Shown here piece by piece: positions 36,501 through 46,569 of a stretch of 64,000 nucleotides of DNA (positions are counted from its first letter, which is position 1; the number at the start of each line of letters is the position of its first letter). Position numbers and translations under genes: made by a program. The notes beneath the pieces were generated by a model. The model was not told the DNA's origin. It searched no databases and was given only the letters and a program-made list of their open reading frames with translations. The DNA is from a virus, in IMG/VR virus record IMGVR_UViG_3300022871_000011, positions 1-64,000 of that record. One strand, written 5' to 3'.

Positions 36501-37625
36501 GCACAGGGATGTGTGGAAGGTGCAACGACTAGTCTGTACAATCTAGACCAGATGATGGGAGACCACGAGCGCCTCACCCGGGTAAAGTATACCCGGTGAT
36601 GATATAGTCTGAACTATTACAAATGTCAAGGAGTTAATTAGCATGAAATGTCAGAAAAGGAACGAGAAGTAAGTCGCGAACGAGGTAGAAAGTATAGAGA
36701 AAACATGTCTGAAGAGCAGAGGACACGTAAAAGCGATCGCGACAAACAAAACCGAAGAGCTGCTAAGAAGGAAAGACTTACACTGAACAAGACTTTGTTT
36801 AAGAAGGGTAAGAGAATCTGTAGCAGATGTTATGACAAGAAAGTACTCTCGGCATACTCGACCAAAGGGAACAGCCCCTCCAATTATAATAAGATATGTG
36901 ATAGTTGTTTAATAAAGCTCTATCAAACTATCTCTTATTCTCCGGAGGTCTTGACCCCTAAATTCTGGCGTAAAAAAGCATATAGCTGTAATGGAGGGTT
37001 TATATCCCGTCAAAAGCGACGGGGAATCGACACAGCTATACAGACATTAGGCACCCAAAAGATAACAGGAGAAGAACTCCTAAAATTATTTGAGTGCCAG
37101 AATAGGCTTTGCTTATACTGCCATACAGATTTATCTGACGGGCAGTTTCAACTAGACCATAGAACTCCGATTAACGGAGGAGGAAAACATGGTATAGAAA
37201 ATATAGACATAGTTTGTGCTGACTGTAATATGCTTAAATTTGATAAAGACCCTGAGTATTTCAAGGGCTTCATCGGATCATATGCTAAACGTATACTCCA
37301 AGTAATAGAATTACAGGATAAAGAGCCTGTAAGATAACACAATGTTCAATCACTCGCCGCCACAGGAGCAAAGGTTGCACTTTGGGATCTGATGCGGAAC
37401 GGGTACAAAATCGTTAACTTTATTCATGATGAAGTATTGCTTGAAGTAGATCGGGAGGGTCTGCACGAGAATGTTCTACGTGCACAGCAAATCATGGTAG
37501 ACGCGATGAAGTTCATACTACCGGACGTCCGTATTGGAACGGAAGCGGCAGCTATGACACACTGGTATAAGGGCGCTAAACCCTTATTCGATGAACACGG
37601 CAAACTCACTTTGTGGGTGCCATAA
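33437..37625 (+). CDS. polA: Family A DNA polymerase; exons 33437-35209, 36140-36392, 37345-37625 (~768 aa)
   Basis: DTET (ExoI), YAALD (ExoIII), TGRTSCSKPNLQN, motif A DYNQLE; spliced AANFG-FPGG and NYP-F-QSLAA; motif C IHDEV. Confidence 0.92.
35210..36139 (+). mobile_element. Group I intron 1 in polA (endonuclease ORF in the P1 loop)
   Basis: exon ACTTCGGT pairs with GCCGAAGT at ~35930; core AATTAAGCGGGAA, AATCCGAAC, GCAGAGCATA, AAGATATGCC; terminal G. Confidence 0.85.
35272..36000 (+). CDS. Intron-encoded HNH endonuclease
   Basis: repeated CxxC..FCSxxC fingers; CVVC..DVHHVNGDREDVSFGNLVPLCRKCH. Confidence 0.9.
   Translation: MKKCLFCGKGPVAIKYCSTLCKSRYRSKHVRYDKVCEFCEKEFDTTTKATRFCSTSCAGKGTPVPLKTLICVDCGEEFEFKGRTKKLRCGTCWSAKRSEQSMTYRCQKDASIKRGAGSGGAQFAEANHMWNSTAKYHRHDGYHYDYRARCFKHWIKACVVCDKEEGLIDVHHVNGDREDVSFGNLVPLCRKCHSQVHKINKELGYDKYEEALFDHLWKEGRSKIAELSGNPTSDDKGIRTEG
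36393..37344 (+). mobile_element. Group I intron 2 in polA (endonuclease ORF 3' of the S element, P9 region)
   Basis: P1 TATCCGT/GCGGATA; AATTCATGGGAA, GATCATGAG, GTGCAACGACTA, ATGATATAGTC; terminal G. Confidence 0.9.
36648..37337 (+). CDS. Intron-encoded HNH endonuclease
   Basis: CLYC..QLDHRTPINGGGKHGIENIDIVCADCNMLK. Confidence 0.9.
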   Translation: MSEKEREVSRERGRKYRENMSEEQRTRKSDRDKQNRRAAKKERLTLNKTLFKKGKRICSRCYDKKVLSAYSTKGNSPSNYNKICDSCLIKLYQTISYSPEVLTPKFWRKKAYSCNGGFISRQKRRGIDTAIQTLGTQKITGEELLKLFECQNRLCLYCHTDLSDGQFQLDHRTPINGGGKHGIENIDIVCADCNMLKFDKDPEYFKGFIGSYAKRILQVIELQDKEPVR

Positions 37626-37660
37626 CAACTAGATCATAGAGATCAGGAGCAAATACCAAT

Positions 37661-38953
37661 ATGGTAATGCGAAAAACACACAATGCAGGACGTCTGTCCC
37701 GCATGATCAACCCAGCCCTCGACGCAGAAGGGAAATACTTGTACGCTAAATGGGCCGTAAGAAGCCCCAACAGCAAGGGTCCTGTCGAATTCAGGATCTT
37801 CCCCCAAGTTATCGATGGCGAAATTATCCCTCAATATATAGACACTGACGTCTATAAGGACAATGGCGAAGAGTATATCTCTGACGCTGCCTTAGTCACA
37901 GAAGCCTGTGTATGTTGGGGAGAGAACTACCACACATTTCTTAGCCCAGAACCGAGTGTACTCAGAGCGGCAGGCCTCCCGTCTACCCCTGCGTATACAA
38001 TGTACTGGCAGCTATACAACCTTAAAGAAGACAGACCTACGGAATGTCCTGCTGCTATCCATGCACTCTTCAAATATGAAAGAGGCAAGGGATCACAGCT
38101 GCAGAGACCCAATGAGATCCTGCTCTTCCAAGGTGTATTACTAGAACATGGTGGTAAGAAAACTACTGATAAAGATGGTAATGAGAAACCTTGGTTTCCA
38201 GTACTGTTACAGATTAACCAAGCCACAGCTCGTAAGAGTCTGTTGGAAGGTTTAGCCACACCTAAGGATTCATCTAAAGCGTTGTCCGTAACGAACAACA
38301 ACATGGGTAATCTCCTAGGATTGGATGGATGCAGTCTCCGTATTGAGCCTAGAATGGTCAAGACGCAGACAGGCGATCAAACACACTACTTCACTTCCGC
38401 TGGGCCACAAATGGTACTTGCCGACGAACAGGTTAAAAATAACTTTGTTCCTTGGGAAGACTTACTCCATTTCCCGGAAATTGGGCAGAATATTACTTAT
38501 ATAGCAGATGCGATTGGAGCAGAAGCTACCGTATTGGGCTTGGAGAATACTCCATACAAACCCTACGTTCCAGAGGATGTCAAAGCACGAGCAGCTAGAC
38601 TGTCAGCACCTACACAAGTAGCAGTGCCTGCAGCCATACCAGCAGTAGCTCCGGCCCCCGCAGTGCAAGCTGTACCGGGACCGATAACTGCACCTGCAAC
38701 TTTGCCACCTGCCGCTCCAGCACCTGCGCCGGTAGCAGCTGCCCCAGCCCCTACTCCAGCTCCTGCACCAGCAGCAGCACCGGTTGTAGCCGCTCCGGCA
38801 CCAGCACCTGCGAACACATTATCCCTTGACGAAGCCGTGTCACCGGACGAACCTGCACTGGAGCCTTTCGCTCCGGACAAGGACATCGTTCCAGATCAGA
38901 AAGCCCTCATGGACTCTCTGAATAGTGCACAAGGCAAGTTAGAAGGTAAATAA
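37661..38953 (+). CDS. Hypothetical protein with Pro/Ala-rich linker (possible ssDNA-binding protein)
   Basis: 430-aa ORF between polA and recA; function inferred from position only. Confidence 0.6.
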   Translation: MVMRKTHNAGRLSRMINPALDAEGKYLYAKWAVRSPNSKGPVEFRIFPQVIDGEIIPQYIDTDVYKDNGEEYISDAALVTEACVCWGENYHTFLSPEPSVLRAAGLPSTPAYTMYWQLYNLKEDRPTECPAAIHALFKYERGKGSQLQRPNEILLFQGVLLEHGGKKTTDKDGNEKPWFPVLLQINQATARKSLLEGLATPKDSSKALSVTNNNMGNLLGLDGCSLRIEPRMVKTQTGDQTHYFTSAGPQMVLADEQVKNNFVPWEDLLHFPEIGQNITYIADAIGAEATVLGLENTPYKPYVPEDVKARAARLSAPTQVAVPAAIPAVAPAPAVQAVPGPITAPATLPPAAPAPAPVAAAPAPTPAPAPAAAPVVAAPAPAPANTLSLDEAVSPDEPALEPFAPDKDIVPDQKALMDSLNSAQGKLEGK

Positions 38954-38993
38954 TACGGAGGCCGGGTCCTACGGGGCCCGGTTATTTTAACGT

Positions 38994-40142
38994 ATGAGCA
39001 AATCAGATGTAATGGAGCGAATGCTCCTAGAAGCGCAGAAGAAGTTCGGTAAGGAAGGATGTTATGTAGCACCCGACCATGCCCAGACACACTATGGTAT
39101 ACCCTTAGGTAATATGGCATTGGAGTATCTCCTATGCAGTACAATCTTACCCATGGAACGTATCATAGAATTATCAGGACCATTCGGTTCTGGTAAATCG
39201 TCATTGGGATATGACTTCTTGCGCCTCATTGCCGAGAACGGTGGACTCGGTAGTGTTGTAGAAACAGAGAACAAATCCGCTGCAGCCCTAATGGGCTCCA
39301 TACTAGGCGAACGAAACGCCGAATGTGTACGACTACACAGAGCCAAGTCTATGGACGATGGCCAAGCTCGTATCACACATGAACTGCTCACTTATCAGCA
39401 GGCCGTACCGGATAAGGATATACCTATGGGAGTCTTACTTGACTCGCTAGTAGGTAACAAGACAGAAGAAACTCAGAACAAGATCAACAAGGAAGGCTTC
39501 GCTGACAGAACGTTCAGTAAAGAGTCCCTTGTCATATCTTCTTACTTTGGGGCCTTGAGTGACAAGCTCATTGGTTACCCTATTGTGTTCATGTTCACTA
39601 ATCACGAGAAAGAGAAGATTAGTGATGGACCAATTTATGGATCTAAGATTAGAAACCCAGGAGGCTCAGCCCCTGACTTTCATAATACTTACCATATACG
39701 CTGTACTAAGATCGGGACCTTTAAGTCCAAGATCGACAATGGCTTTACGATGAAACTGAATACCAAGAAGAACTCTATGGGATCAGACAAGCGTAGCATT
39801 GAAGTAGATATGCGTTGGAAGTATGTAGAGAAAGACGATGAGTCAATGCACCAGGAAACCTGGTTTGACTGGGATAAAGCAACTGCAGAACTGCTAGCAG
39901 GAGATGAAGTACCACGTAGCGTAATAAAGGAAATTGTGCAGGTGACTAAGGTTACCAATGCTAAATTCAATTGCCCGACACTTAAGCTCAGTGGTGTAAC
40001 ACCTCAGGTAGTAGGCGCAGCTATAAACGCGGACCTTGACATATGCAAGAAGCTCAGAACAGCTCTGGGTATCTTCACATGGAGATCCATCGGTGTCTGT
40101 GAGGACCTGACGGCTAAACTAGAGAAGGCAGATGGCAAGTAA
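38994..40142 (+). CDS. recA: RecA/UvsX-like recombinase
   Basis: IIELSGPFGSGKSS, LLDSL, MFTNH, NPGGSAPDFH, KKNSMG. Confidence 0.85.
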   Translation: MSKSDVMERMLLEAQKKFGKEGCYVAPDHAQTHYGIPLGNMALEYLLCSTILPMERIIELSGPFGSGKSSLGYDFLRLIAENGGLGSVVETENKSAAALMGSILGERNAECVRLHRAKSMDDGQARITHELLTYQQAVPDKDIPMGVLLDSLVGNKTEETQNKINKEGFADRTFSKESLVISSYFGALSDKLIGYPIVFMFTNHEKEKISDGPIYGSKIRNPGGSAPDFHNTYHIRCTKIGTFKSKIDNGFTMKLNTKKNSMGSDKRSIEVDMRWKYVEKDDESMHQETWFDWDKATAELLAGDEVPRSVIKEIVQVTKVTNAKFNCPTLKLSGVTPQVVGAAINADLDICKKLRTALGIFTWRSIGVCEDLTAKLEKADGK

Positions 40143-40641
40143 TCCACGCAACGTATTAAAATCATTTGACCGGCTAGACCAGCAGAAGAAGGAAGACGAT
40201 AGGGTTAAGTACCAATTAAAGGTAGTTAAGATCATCGCCAAATCCCTTAAGCTGGATCTCCGGCCTATTATGCATGAGTACAACTCCCTTAGGGATGACC
40301 GCCCCGAGCTCTTTATACAAGCTATAAAGGAAGCAACAGGTAGCGGATTCCCTGATGAGTTGTTTATCGAGAACGCTCATAAGACCAAGTTTGATGCTCT
40401 AGCCTTAAGGGGGCATGAGACATATTGGTTCACGAGGTTCTTGACTCTAGCGTCCGAGAATAATTTACCAGCGGCGGGATTGATCTTCCCCGTTATGGGT
40501 CGCAAAGACTGGATCATACACAACTTACCAGTAAGTCCCAAAGCGGGCAAAGTACGGCTGTTCATCCCATCGGATGTAAACAGCATCGATAATGTTCACA
40601 TAACCTCGTTAATTCAATTTTTAGAGGAGTACAGAAGATGA
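40132..40641 (+). CDS. Hypothetical protein
   Basis: coupled ORF. Confidence 0.65.
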   Translation: MASNPRNVLKSFDRLDQQKKEDDRVKYQLKVVKIIAKSLKLDLRPIMHEYNSLRDDRPELFIQAIKEATGSGFPDELFIENAHKTKFDALALRGHETYWFTRFLTLASENNLPAAGLIFPVMGRKDWIIHNLPVSPKAGKVRLFIPSDVNSIDNVHITSLIQFLEEYRR

Positions 40642-41414
40642 CAGAAGAAAAAACAACAGTAGTAGATGCAGAGATTGTAGAAGAAGTTGCAACTATAGAT
40701 GTCTACGAAGAGAACGGAATCAAATTATATGGTTCATATGATGAGTTTATTGAGCGTGCCAAAGGACGCTTTCTTCAGGAAGGCCAGGCCATGGTTTGGT
40801 CACGCTGGACACTAGGAGCACATGTTAAAGTTGTGCTGGAAGACTCTAGTTACGGTTCCCATAAGATGGCAGACTTAGAGGCTGACCTGGGTATGAAGAG
40901 TAAGACTCTCTACGCATGTAAGACTCTCTTCGAAACCTATGACAGAGACACCATGGAAGAGAAGGTTATGCCTAAGAACCTATCCTTTCGTGCACTTAAC
41001 TACATTGCCCGTGTGGATGATGAAGATAAGCGTGACGACTACATGGACCAGGTAGCCGCCGGCGAGATTAAGGCCGAGGATATACCACAGCTTGAGGCAG
41101 GGTTAACCGACGCTGAGTTAGAAGGTGGAGATGATACCACACCTGTAGCAGGTGAAGAGAAGAGTTCTGATGAGAAGGCTGCAACGGCTATCCGTAAAGC
41201 GGTAGGTGCTGTAGATGGACCATTGGATCTGATACTCAGTAACATCAACGCAGCAGAGACATGCCTGGGTGACTTGAATCTCCTGGCAGCTAATGATGAA
41301 CTGTATGATGCAGTGAGTGAAGAGCTCGAAGAGTTCCGTACCAAACTGTCTGACTTACAGCCAAAGATCGTGGCTCTCATTGACCGTTTAGACAAGACGA
41401 GCAATGTAGCATGA
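40638..41414 (+). CDS. Hypothetical acidic protein
   Basis: GAGGAG RBS; ATGA overlap. Confidence 0.7.
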   Translation: MTEEKTTVVDAEIVEEVATIDVYEENGIKLYGSYDEFIERAKGRFLQEGQAMVWSRWTLGAHVKVVLEDSSYGSHKMADLEADLGMKSKTLYACKTLFETYDRDTMEEKVMPKNLSFRALNYIARVDDEDKRDDYMDQVAAGEIKAEDIPQLEAGLTDAELEGGDDTTPVAGEEKSSDEKAATAIRKAVGAVDGPLDLILSNINAAETCLGDLNLLAANDELYDAVSEELEEFRTKLSDLQPKIVALIDRLDKTSNVA

Positions 41415-42202
41415 AATGTGGCGATATAACACCAGCTGGGGACGACCCGCCTAAGGGCGTCCCTCTTAAAAACCTCCTTAAGAAGGTTCAGAAGATGTAT
41501 GTACACTTCAGCGATTTCCTCGGTGAGAATTTTAAAGGCACGGTGGTACCCGCTCTATGTGATGAAATACGAGCGCGACTTGATTTAACATTCAATGACC
41601 TACCAGCTCTACGCTGCTCTTTGGAGGCAATGCTAGAGCCACAACAGGTATTGACAAAGTCCGTTCTGAAGATGATATTACTAAAGATGCTGCAGAATAA
41701 ACATTACTTTCTGCAGAACGAAACCATACCCAGATGGGCAGGTCAACCTCCTGTATGGACTGTAATTAAAGTGGAGAACGCTGATTACTTGACCATTAAG
41801 GAGATATCCTTCCTGAAGGTAGAGGCACATGCTTTAACAGGTAACCTGGCCGGAGAGATGCACCATGTAGTGCTACCTATTCGATATGTCAGATGGCTTG
41901 TAAAAGAGATGGGCTATCCTAGGTATGAACGTGCACACGAGAAAGAGATTGTAGGTATGGTATCCTGGGTACGCATGGAGACGACTAACCATGGCCGTAC
42001 AACATTCGGTAAGGCAAAGCCATCGAGTAGCCAGGAAGCATATAACAGAAAGCTTGCTCGCGCACGTATTGAGAAAGATTGTCCGTATAAGACTATGTCA
42101 TGCTATAACTGTCCTTTTGGATTAGAGCGGTGTGGCTTGGCTACACGGCAGAAGACAAAGGAGGATTCACATGAATTCAACAGTTCTAGCATTGGACCCT
42201 AG
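41411..42202 (+). CDS. Hypothetical protein with C-terminal Cys4 cluster
   Basis: CP..SCYNCP..C; ATGA overlap. Confidence 0.7.
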   Translation: MKCGDITPAGDDPPKGVPLKNLLKKVQKMYVHFSDFLGENFKGTVVPALCDEIRARLDLTFNDLPALRCSLEAMLEPQQVLTKSVLKMILLKMLQNKHYFLQNETIPRWAGQPPVWTVIKVENADYLTIKEISFLKVEAHALTGNLAGEMHHVVLPIRYVRWLVKEMGYPRYERAHEKEIVGMVSWVRMETTNHGRTTFGKAKPSSSQEAYNRKLARARIEKDCPYKTMSCYNCPFGLERCGLATRQKTKEDSHEFNSSSIGP

Positions 42203-42740
42203 TTTCAGAAATACTGGTTATGCTATTATCGAGCTTACAGCGAACGCTGAGAAGGTTATTGAGACAGGCGTGATCAAGACCGAAAAGAACGATAAGACGC
42301 GTAAGGTGCGTGCTGCTGATCAAAGACTGGAACAAATCCAGGTATTGGTCACTGGTTTACGTACTCTTATTGCGAAACATAAACCCGCTATGATGGTGGC
42401 CGAGCTGCCGTCGTCAGGAGCAAAGAGCGCTAATGCAGCTGCAGCTATGGCTATAGCACAGGCAGTATGTGGCGCAGTAGTTGTATACGAAAACCTACCC
42501 TATGAATGGGTAACACCCACAGAGAACAAAAAGGCTCTCGCGGGCAAGAAGAACGCTTCCAAAGAAGAGATGATGGAAGCAGCCGTAAGATTATATCCAG
42601 CTCTACGTGCCAAGTACACCCATCAAAAGGGTCAGTACAAAGGTAGGCTAGTAGGGGAATTCGAACATATAGCTGATGCACTAGGTACCTTAGAGGTTAT
42701 CAAAAGCAACAGCCCTTTAATTAGAATGATTCGACCATAA
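42171..42740 (+). CDS. ruvC: RuvC-like Holliday junction resolvase
   Basis: LALDPSFRNTGYAII, VAELP, TPTENKK..GKKNASKEEM, HIADAL; AGGAGG RBS. Confidence 0.85.
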   Translation: MNSTVLALDPSFRNTGYAIIELTANAEKVIETGVIKTEKNDKTRKVRAADQRLEQIQVLVTGLRTLIAKHKPAMMVAELPSSGAKSANAAAAMAIAQAVCGAVVVYENLPYEWVTPTENKKALAGKKNASKEEMMEAAVRLYPALRAKYTHQKGQYKGRLVGEFEHIADALGTLEVIKSNSPLIRMIRP

Positions 42741-42749
42741 GGAGTTAAC

Positions 42750-43223
42750 ATGGAAGAGAACAAAATGATTCAGAGCATGCAGACACAGATCAAACTGTTA
42801 CTAATGGTAACTGGTGATAAGATATCGGAAGGTATGCTAGAGCAGGCTTTTGATGACGACGCTGACTTTCCTAAGTTGGAGTATCAATGGAAGGAATTCT
42901 ATGATGATATCATGGAAGGTGGTGTTGATGGGTTCTCTAAGCATTATGACGTAAGTGCAGTGACCACTTCTAAGTCAGAAGGGCCTATAATGGGAGCAAT
43001 GCAGCTGAAGCCGCTTAACCCGTTATCACTGGCTGTCATGGTAGGCGTACAAAGCCTAAGAGAGCAGATGGCAGATGAGCTTGGTACTACTGGTGGTCTT
43101 GAGATCATATCTAATCCTGTCAGGGATACTAAACCTGTAGTCGAGGAAGGCTATGTAACACTAACACCCGAAAGATGTCGGGAGATCGAATTTAATGTAG
43201 GAGACTACGATGGCAAAGAGTAA
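42750..43223 (+). CDS. Hypothetical protein
   Basis: AAGGAG RBS. Confidence 0.7.
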   Translation: MEENKMIQSMQTQIKLLLMVTGDKISEGMLEQAFDDDADFPKLEYQWKEFYDDIMEGGVDGFSKHYDVSAVTTSKSEGPIMGAMQLKPLNPLSLAVMVGVQSLREQMADELGTTGGLEIISNPVRDTKPVVEEGYVTLTPERCREIEFNVGDYDGKE

Positions 43224-43776
43224 AAAGGAGAACGCAAGTGTCAGAATCAGAAAAGCAGAATTCAGCGGGGCCGAAGACAAGTTCTACGCACCCGGTGATG
43301 ACATACGCAACTGCTGTATATCGCTTATACGTGGCGGGCTCGAAGCCGCTACTGCCCGCTTTCCTGAGCTTCAAGAAGAGCTTGGTAAGTGCGCTATTGT
43401 ACTTGCGAGATACTATCAGGAAGCCTTCTTAGCCGAGGATAAGATCCCGGCTCTTATGCACAAGCTGAATGAAGACCTTAAGGCTATCAGCCCTACAGCG
43501 TCTGAAGCATGCTTGGCGGAGGTAGCAAGATCTATGCTTACCTATTACGGTATAGCACAACGTGAGACAAGCGGCCACAAGGATCTAACGAAGCCGCAGG
43601 TAGAGAAAATAGCTGCCGTGGGTACATTGATGGGGCACTTCGACGAAGAGGACAGAAGGTCGTTCACTAAACTATTAGCGAACAACCGTATCTACCCAGA
43701 AGAGCTTGATCGGGAACCCATGGAAGGAGTGATCATTGAAAACGAGGATAGAAAAGATACAGAAGAAGCTAAATGA
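43210..43776 (+). CDS. Hypothetical protein
   Basis: AGGAG RBS. Confidence 0.7.
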   Translation: MAKSKKENASVRIRKAEFSGAEDKFYAPGDDIRNCCISLIRGGLEAATARFPELQEELGKCAIVLARYYQEAFLAEDKIPALMHKLNEDLKAISPTASEACLAEVARSMLTYYGIAQRETSGHKDLTKPQVEKIAAVGTLMGHFDEEDRRSFTKLLANNRIYPEELDREPMEGVIIENEDRKDTEEAK

Positions 43777-44527
43777 GTTCAGTGGACAGTGTTTCCTAGC
43801 GTGGCATAGCCCGTTCTTTAAACACGATCCATTTGTTAACTTAGAGAGTTCCTTTCTGGTTGTAGTAACGAAGAATCGCTTCGGAGACTATGTAGCCTGT
43901 CGATTCACAGGCACCCTAGAACAGAATGAGATAAAACACCAGCGGGTGCTGTTCGAGGGTGAAACCCTGGTACGTATTCGAAATGGCCCTCGGACCAATC
44001 TGGTCGTTAAACCATACCACTTACGTTATGAAGAAACTGCTGTAGTTGCCGGCCTTACCAAACAGGTAGAGTACGGCAAGGATCCAGCTAAGCTATTTCA
44101 TAACAGGGACGGTGATATCGACTTCTTAAAACAAATAGAGACTATGCTGTTCACTAACGCACTGGTACCTGTACAGACGCCTCCATATCCTGACCCTTAT
44201 AAGAAGGTAAGGGATCCGAAGCAAGTACAGCCACGTATCACAGGTGAGATGGTAACCAGGCTCCGAGAGCTGGGCACCGTGGACCCTGAGGACTCAGTAA
44301 CGGACAGCTTCTACAAAAACATCGAACACTTTTGTGAAAAGAAAGGAGGAAGTTTATTGTTCCCCATGAAACAGGTCAATGGAAGAGGCCTCACTGTATT
44401 AGACATGAGTTCCGTGGCAAATGAGACATTTCTCTTGCCCACAGAGCAGTTGGACTATAAGTCAGAGACCTTCCGAATGGACCTTGAACGGACGATCGAT
44501 AAAGAACAAGTCGAATGGAATTCTTAG
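43736..44527 (+). CDS. Hypothetical protein
   Basis: AAGGAG + TTG start, 263 aa. Confidence 0.65.
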   Translation: MKTRIEKIQKKLNEFSGQCFLAWHSPFFKHDPFVNLESSFLVVVTKNRFGDYVACRFTGTLEQNEIKHQRVLFEGETLVRIRNGPRTNLVVKPYHLRYEETAVVAGLTKQVEYGKDPAKLFHNRDGDIDFLKQIETMLFTNALVPVQTPPYPDPYKKVRDPKQVQPRITGEMVTRLRELGTVDPEDSVTDSFYKNIEHFCEKKGGSLLFPMKQVNGRGLTVLDMSSVANETFLLPTEQLDYKSETFRMDLERTIDKEQVEWNS

Positions 44528-45135
44528 AATTACTTGATAACTATGGTTACTCTGTCGAAGACTGTGCAGTAGTAACATTAGGGACAGACGGCTTAGATCC
44601 TAATTTCAGCAACTTAGTATGTGTCAGTATATTACCTGTAATGGGTGATGCAGCCCCTCAGACTATCTATGTCGAAGGGGCAGACATATACTCAAGTGCA
44701 CCTTACACGAGGGTAAACGAAACAACCTACCAGATTGAGTCTATATCCAGGAAGCTCGCAAGAGAACGCCTGTATGATATACTCAAGGACTACAAGATCT
44801 TAATAGGACACAATGCAGCAGGATTTACACAGGATTTCTTGTGTACATTCGATAAGCGTTATCGCGAGCATATCCTACTAGATACTTGGATACTTGCCCG
44901 TTACTATTACCAGCAGTGCCCGGATATTGTAGGGAAGTCACCGACTCTCCCAAGGTATCAAAAAGCCATTGCTAGATTAGATTTTGATGGACATAGAAGA
45001 TGGAGGTTGGAGGATCTTTGCCAGTTTGATCCTGGCGATTATTATAATATACCAGAACGAAATGCAGTACGCACTAAGACACTTTTCATATATCTGTTGG
45101 GTAGGGAAGCCCCCATTCCCCGTGATCTATGTTAG
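44515..45135 (+). CDS. DnaQ/DEDD exonuclease-like fold, degenerate active site
   Basis: VTLGTDGLDP (cf. DxETTGLDP), LIGHNAAGFTQDFL (cf. GHN..FD..FL), LLDTWILAR. Confidence 0.55.
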   Translation: MEFLELLDNYGYSVEDCAVVTLGTDGLDPNFSNLVCVSILPVMGDAAPQTIYVEGADIYSSAPYTRVNETTYQIESISRKLARERLYDILKDYKILIGHNAAGFTQDFLCTFDKRYREHILLDTWILARYYYQQCPDIVGKSPTLPRYQKAIARLDFDGHRRWRLEDLCQFDPGDYYNIPERNAVRTKTLFIYLLGREAPIPRDLC

Positions 45136-45415
45136 GCTTAGGTTTTGGTTTGAATATTGGTGGTTTTGTGGTATCCGACTTAAAAGTCGTAGTGGAGATT
45201 CGAGGTTTGTCGTAGTATCGATTGTATATGGTTGAGGAGAGGTGTGACGGCATAGCTGTCATATCTAAAGCTTCGAAGGCTCCGCTTAGTTTCTTGCGCT
45301 TCTTCTTGCACACCTTGCAGAAGCGATTAGAAGCTGATGAACTTCGGAACATCTTTCTACAACCTAAACATTGTCGCTGCTTCTCTGACAAAATATATCT
45401 CCTGGTTAATATCAC
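45086..45415 (-). CDS. Small zinc-finger protein
   Basis: RQCLGCRKMFRSSSASNRFCKVCK; true start probably TTG near 45391 after AGGAG. Confidence 0.55.
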   Translation of the reverse strand: MILTRRYILSEKQRQCLGCRKMFRSSSASNRFCKVCKKKRKKLSGAFEALDMTAMPSHLSSTIYNRYYDKPRISTTTFKSDTTKPPIFKPKPKPNIDHGEWGLPYPTDI

Positions 45416-45459
45416 AATATATAGTGTTAAATGTAAATGTCAAGCGAGGTTTCAATTAA

Positions 45460-45963
45460 ATGACAAAAGAAGGAACAATCGAAGAAGTAATGAAGAAGGC
45501 TACAGTGGGTTATAACCCCGAGACCAGTCCACAACCAGCCCCTCCGGTAGAGTACACTGAACCGTCACCCCCTATGCCCGCAACATCCCTTACAGACTTC
45601 ACTGAGGCCCTCAAAGAGCTTCAGTATGCTACCACAGCTATGGAAAAGACTTCTGCTCTTAAGAAGTTATCCCATACTGCTGAAAGTAAGATGACTGATA
45701 TAGTGGGACAGACGAATAGAGAGTTCAGAAGCCTGCAGGCAGGTAATCCCGATAAGAAGCAGTTCGCGGTAAACGGCTGTATCTTTAGAGGGTATACACG
45801 ACCTGCTACATATAAGTACTCGGAAGAGATCCAGGCTAAGGATGCCGAGGTCAAGCTTATGAAAGCGGCGGCTAAGAAAGACGGATCAGCGGTAATAACA
45901 AAGGTAGCTGCAGACATAGATAAGGATAAAACCTTTGGACTGTCTGTAGTACCTGTTACCTAG
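45460..45963 (+). CDS. Hypothetical protein
   Basis: GAGGT RBS. Confidence 0.7.
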   Translation: MTKEGTIEEVMKKATVGYNPETSPQPAPPVEYTEPSPPMPATSLTDFTEALKELQYATTAMEKTSALKKLSHTAESKMTDIVGQTNREFRSLQAGNPDKKQFAVNGCIFRGYTRPATYKYSEEIQAKDAEVKLMKAAAKKDGSAVITKVAADIDKDKTFGLSVVPVT

Positions 45964-46514
45964 TCCATGATATAATCGAGGAGCACGTTGTTACGTTTGA
46001 CTGACTCAATTGTTGTTTGACGGTCATACGTAGCGCGTAGCTCGTCGTATCTATCACCAGGTACTTTGGTGAGTATACCCTTTACATTGGTGAATATGTC
46101 ACCAGAGGTTCTATTGCGTATATAGGTGTGATCCGGCTCACAACCATACAAAGCATAGGTTCCTTTCCATGTAAGCAGGGTACTCAAGTCGCCAAGGTTG
46201 GCATCAGGCCAGTAATCAACCCAGTCAACAGCTACTAGTAGTTTATTGCCTGGTTTTTTATTCTTTGGCATACGTAGCCATACCTCACCGAACTGAAAGC
46301 AGTTAGTATTACATTCAAGGAGTTCAGCGTGAAATATCTTCACGTCTATTTCCTTGGGTATAATTAGAGAAACTGCCGCCTCTTCGACGAGGTCCTTTTT
46401 GACTTTAGCATTCTCAATAGGGAATGCAGACGCCGGAAAGCCCTTTAAGGCTTTATCTTTTTCCAGTCTGTAACAGTGCATGTATAAACATAACCTGATT
46501 ATTAAGGATTGCAA
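45960..46514 (-). CDS. Hypothetical protein
   Basis: 184-aa ORF filling the gap; start uncertain. Confidence 0.6.
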   Translation of the reverse strand: MQSLIIRLCLYMHCYRLEKDKALKGFPASAFPIENAKVKKDLVEEAAVSLIIPKEIDVKIFHAELLECNTNCFQFGEVWLRMPKNKKPGNKLLVAVDWVDYWPDANLGDLSTLLTWKGTYALYGCEPDHTYIRNRTSGDIFTNVKGILTKVPGDRYDELRATYDRQTTIESVKRNNVLLDYIMD

Positions 46515-46569
46515 GTGTGTATCATTAATATACTATAACAATATGTTGTAGTCAACAAAGGAGACAAAC

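Noticed and set aside
38563-38886. Gly/Ala-rich antisense ORF
   Set aside because: Mirror of the Pro/Ala-rich linker on the plus strand
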